A model generated the notes under the pieces. The model was not told the origin of the DNA and did no database searches. It worked only from the letters and a program-made list of their open reading frames with translations. From the human T2T-CHM13v2.0 reference genome, Homo sapiens, in NCBI RefSeq assembly GCF_009914755.1, contig NC_060926.1: 64,000 nt of DNA, one strand, 5' to 3'. Both the position numbers and the translations under genes were made by a program. Shown here piece by piece: positions 53,424-64,000 of the stretch (the stretch's first letter is position 1; the number at the start of each line of letters is the position of its first letter).

Positions 53424-54767
53424 TGTGTACAGATAGATCAGAATGATCATGGACTCTTTCACACTGAGTAAGGATGCTCTCACCGGGACCAGAATGCTTG
53501 TGCCTGTGAGTATCATCATTTTCTTCCTATCAGTAGACTTTCCTTGAAAGCAGGTGAGGTTTGGATATGTCCCCAGGCTTCAGAACTAGGGGAAATGGAG
53601 GAACCCAGCACTGAATGGCATAGCCCAATATGTCCCAAGACGACCACCCCAGAATGGATGTTCTTGGTCACTTCTGACCCCTCCCCCATCTGTGGTCCAC
53701 TTCCTCAGCTAACACAAATTTGAAAAGCTCTCGCAACCAAAGGGACTGGAAGCTCTGGAAGTGTGTTGGCCGAGGCTCTTGGATGGATGTGGCCCACACT
53801 GGCCTCTGTGACATCCCCTTCTCTGTCCTGCCCTAGCCCACTAGGTCTCTCTGTCCTTTCAGCTGCATCAATACACCTAGTCTACTGGGTCCAGGGGCCA
53901 GTCTGTCGCTTCCAGGTAATTTTTAAATTTCCTTTCCTAATTATTATGTTTAACTTTAACTCTCAGAAGACAACCTTATTCTCTTATTTTTAATATTGTT
54001 CATCAGGTTTCATTGAAACTCTAAAGTGCTGACCACAGACTGTATCTACCTAGCAGGATTGTCATGAGGCTTGAATGGGATCAAACAGGCAAAGAATACA
54101 GCACGATGAGCTTTTCAGAGTTAATGCATAATAAATATGATTGTCATTTCTTACATAAATCACTTCACACAGTCTAGAACAGACCTAAGTACAGATAATG
54201 GATTTGGCTAATGGTATCTCTAGAATAATGTTTTTTCCTGATTAAAATAATAAGGCAGGTTCATTGAAGAAAATTGGGGTTTTATATGAAAGTGTAAAGA
54301 AAAGAATCAAAAACATAAATTGTAATTGTTGTGAGATGAATCATAGTTTATTTGATCATCTTTCTATTGCTGAGCATTTATTTTGAACATTTTTGTAATT
54401 AAATAATATAGTGATCCTTCTACATACATATGTACAAACTATTCCATATCCTTGCTTAAAATAAATTTTTTGATTGTGAATTGCTGGGTTATCTTTTGAC
54501 TCATATTACCAAACTCTTCCAAAAAAGTTTGTATCCATTGCCATCTGTGGTATTAGTGTATGGCATGGCATCATTGTTTTTTTTAAAAAAAACTATACTA
54601 GTTGATTAGCAAAAAATGGCATTTGTTAGTTTTAATTTTCATTTTATTATTACTAAGATTGAGTGATTGTTTCTACTTATTAACATTTTGTATTTCTTCT
54701 TTTGTTAATTGCTAGCTGATATCCTTTGCTACATTTCTTATTCTAATTTAATTTTAAGAACCATCCT

Positions 54768-55064
54768 GGCCAGGCGCTGTGGCTCACGCCTGTAATCCCA
54801 GCACTTTGGGAGGCCGAGGTGGGCGGATCATGAGGTCAGGAGATAGAGACCATCCTGGCTAACACGGTGAAACCCCATCTCTACTGAAAAAAAATACAAA
54901 AAAATTAGCCCGGGGTGGTGGTGGGTGCCTGTAGTCCCAGCTACTCAGGAGGCTGAGTCAGGAGAATGGCGTGAACCCGGGAGGCGGAGCTTGCAGTGAG
55001 CCCAGATCATGCCACTGCACTCCAGCCTGGGCGATAGAGCAAGATTCTGTCTCAAAAAAAAAAA
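54768..55064 (+). mobile_element. AluY-like
   Basis: 'accatcctggctaacacggtg', 'gaatggcgtgaacccgggaggcggagcttgc'; TSD aagaaccatcct at 54756-54767 and 55065-55076. Confidence 0.94.
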
Positions 55065-55367
55065 AAGAACCATCCTAAAAATATTACATTTTTTTCTTTG
55101 TAGTTTGTCTTTTAATTTTGTTCATGATGTTTTTGGATATATATCTTAAAAGTTTTGATGCAGTCAAACTTCTTCCCACCTTCAAATCTAAGATGCATTT
55201 TTAAAGTGTGATATAAGAAAGGAGCCTGATTTTTTTCAAAATATTTAACTTGTTAAATGACAATAATGCAGTATATTTCTTAATTGCCCTTAGAGCACTT
55301 GAAGTAGCTGTGGGTGGTAGAAAATACATTGGATTTAGAATAAAAAGAGCGAACAGTTATCTATCTT

Positions 55368-55658
55368 ATTTTTTTTGGAGATGGAGTCTCACTCTGTCAC
55401 CCAGGCTGGAGTGCAGTGGCATGATCTCGGCTCACTGCAACCTCTGCCTCTAGGTTCAAGCCATTCTCCTGCCTCAGCCTCCCAAGTAGCTGGGATTACA
55501 GGCTCACGCCACCATGCCCAGCTAAGTTTTGTATTTTTAGTAGAGATGGGGTTTTACCATGTTGGCCAGGCTGGTCTCGAGCTCCTGACCTCAAGTGATG
55601 CACCCACCTTGGCATCCCAAAGTGCTGCGAGTACAGGCGTGCACCACTGTGCCCGGCC
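55368..55658 (-). mobile_element. AluSx-like inserted in a MIR
   Basis: TSD agttatctatctt at 55355-55367 and 55659-55671; MIR core 'ttgggcaagttattcaac..cctcagt' follows. Confidence 0.93.
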
Positions 55659-56140
55659 AGTTATCTATCTTTGGGCAAGTTATTCAACACCACTGGCCTC
55701 AGTGTCTTCCTCCATAAAATGGGAATGATCATAATATCTATTTCACAAAGTTGCCATGACGATTATATGAGATAAAAAGTATGTAATCATGTTAGGTACA
55801 CCATTGTGCCTGGGACCTAACTATTCTTGGAAATTGTTTAATCTATTATTTGGGGCTACTGGTTCATACCATACCGAAATGACATTTGAGCATCTTCCAG
55901 ATCCACAGAAGTAGCAGTCCTATTTTTTGTGAGAGATTTGCATCTTTGTTGGTTAGAATTATCTGCTATGTAGATTTTACTAGAACTCTGTGCCTTTGGA
56001 AAGTGGAATAAAATTTTAATTTAACTCACTAAAGAAATTCAAGTGATAGGAGAGCTAAAGCAAAACAGAATGTCAGAGATGGCTCACGCCAGGGAATTTT
56101 GAGTGCATATTGCCCATGTTTTGATCAGAGTTCATTTTCT

Positions 56141-56162
56141 TTTCTCTCTATCTTTCTCTCTC

Positions 56163-56193
<31 letters not shown>

Positions 56194-56460
56194 AGACAGG
56201 GTCTCCCTCTGTAGCCCAGGCTGGAATGCGGTTGTGGTGGCACAATCTCAGCTCACTGCAACCTCCGCCACCGGGGTCAAGCAATTCTCCCACCTCAGCC
56301 TCCCAAGTAGCTGGGACTACAGGTATGTACCACCATACCCAGCTAATGTTAGTACTTTTTGTAGAGATGGAGTCTCACCATGTTGCCCAAGCTGGTCACG
56401 AACTCCTGAGCTCAAGCAATCTGCTCGCCTCGGCCTCCAAAAGTGCTGGGATTACAGGCA
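56141..56460 (-). mobile_element. Slightly 5'-truncated Alu (J-like) with (TC)n-T tail
   Basis: TSD agagttcattttct at 56127-56140 and 56461-56474; lacks the first ~20 nt. Confidence 0.9.
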
Positions 56461-56854
56461 AGAGTTCATTTTCTAACAAATGTTCATATTTTGTTGTTAC
56501 TTTCTTAGCCTACCAATTAAAAGAAATAGGCACCTCTCACCAAATTACTTGATTTTGAGTCCCTAGATAAAAAGAGATTTGCATTTAAAATGCAAAATAA
56601 TGATAAAACACAATATAAATATTACTTCAATTTTTTGTTAAAATTTTAAATAAATATTTATAAAATAAGACTATAATCACATATACTAAAGTATTAATAT
56701 CGTCTTTTCCTGAGTGAGGTTAGAAATGATTTTCACTTCTTACTTTTGTCTGTATTTTCACATGGACTTATTACCTTTGCAATAAGAAACTATATACCAT
56801 ATACTCATATATGTTTATGTGTGTGAACATAGAGGAAATCCATTCTAGCATTTC

Positions 56855-57174
56855 TTTTCTTTTTTTCTTTTTCTTTTTTTTTTTTTTTTGAGATGGACTC
56901 TCACTCTGTCGCCCAGGCTGGAATGCGGTGGTGCCATCTCAGCTCACTGCAACCTCTGCCTCAAGTGATTCTCCTGCCTCAGCCTCCCGAGTAGCTGAGA
57001 TTACAGGCATGCACCACCACGTCCAGCTAATTTTTTTTTTTTTTTTGGTATTTTTAGTTGAGACAGGGTTTCACCGTGTTGGCCAGGCTGGTCTCAAACT
57101 CTTGACCTCAGGTGATCTGCCCACCTCGGCCTCCCAAGTGCTGGGATTACAGGTGTGAGCTACCATGCCCGGCC
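56855..57174 (-). mobile_element. AluSx-like
   Basis: TSD cattctagcatttc (56841-56854) / cattccagcatttc (57175-57188). Confidence 0.93.
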
Positions 57175-57298
57175 CATTCCAGCATTTCATGCTTAGTTTC
57201 CTCTTTTGCAAAACTACAATGAACTCACTGTTGGTGTAAATTCAAAACAAAACAAAAAACACCACAGTATACATAAAATGATGTTTCAAAAATCTTTC

Positions 57299-57779
<481 letters not shown>

Positions 57780-57799
57780 TTAAAGAGGTGGATTTTCTT

Positions 57800-57910
57800 T
57801 CTTTTTATAGAGCCTTGGACACTCTCTATGTTGCCCAGGCTGGACTCAAACTCCAGGGCTTAAGCAATCCTCCAGCTCTGGGACTACAGGCATGTGCCAC
57901 TGCACCTGGA
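57800..57910 (-). mobile_element. FLAM-like Alu monomer
   Basis: 'ctatgttgcccaggctggactcaaactcc...gggactacaggcatgtgccactgcacctgg'. Confidence 0.7.
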
Positions 57911-58034
57911 AAAAGGGTGGCTTTTATTTTTATTTGTATTTAACTTTTATTTTATGTTTAGAGGTACCTGTGTGGGTTTGTTATATAGGTAAATTGTGTG
58001 TGATGGGGGTTTGGTGTGGTTTTTGAAGGGTGGT

Positions 58035-58168
58035 GCACAGACCCATGAGGGTCCCTGAGACCTTGCAGGAGGTCCTTCACGTTAAACTATTTTCACAGTA
58101 ATTCAGAGATGTCATTTGCCTTCTTCACTGTGTTGACATTTGCACTGATGATATGAAAGCAGTAGTGA
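58035..58168 (+). mobile_element. Charlie1-like hAT fragment, host of the third L1PA insertion
   Basis: 'aaactattttcacagtaat...atttgccttcttcactgtgttgacatttgcactgatg..aaagca' resembles recalled Charlie1. Confidence 0.6.

Positions 58169-64000
<5,832 letters not shown>

Overview
This window is primate (human or near-human ape) genomic DNA from inside the integrin beta-6 gene ITGB6, which lies on the minus strand. Eight internal coding exons (exons 5-12 by the usual numbering, 166/162/96/90/135/418/223/98 nt, all AG/GT-bounded) splice into one open frame. That frame covers part of the beta-I domain, the hybrid domain, I-EGF1-4 and the start of the beta-tail. The introns are dominated by transposable elements. 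There are three L1PA elements, all antisense to the gene: one 5'-truncated with TSDs, one full-length and nested in older L1s, and one 5'-intact that runs off the window. There are also about 15 Alu/monomer copies, MER4/MST/MLT1 LTRs, and Tigger/hAT MITEs. No prokaryotic-type system, CRISPR array, tRNA or rRNA is visible. The most unusual signal is that the three neighbouring L1s, although they look like different-age subfamilies, share many non-consensus mutations, including three identical premature stops and a 3-bp deletion. This points to patchwork inter-L1 gene conversion or an assembly artefact. Other leads: an open ORF0-like frame; a 'gene-breaking' antisense-L1 arrangement; a NAGNAG acceptor in the ligand specificity loop; a stop-free 321-nt exon 11-12 module; a possible intronic polyA site after exon 10; and a duplication that creates a p53/p63-type site. 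Repeat subfamily names and consensus comparisons are from recalled consensus sequences and need RepeatMasker/Dfam confirmation.
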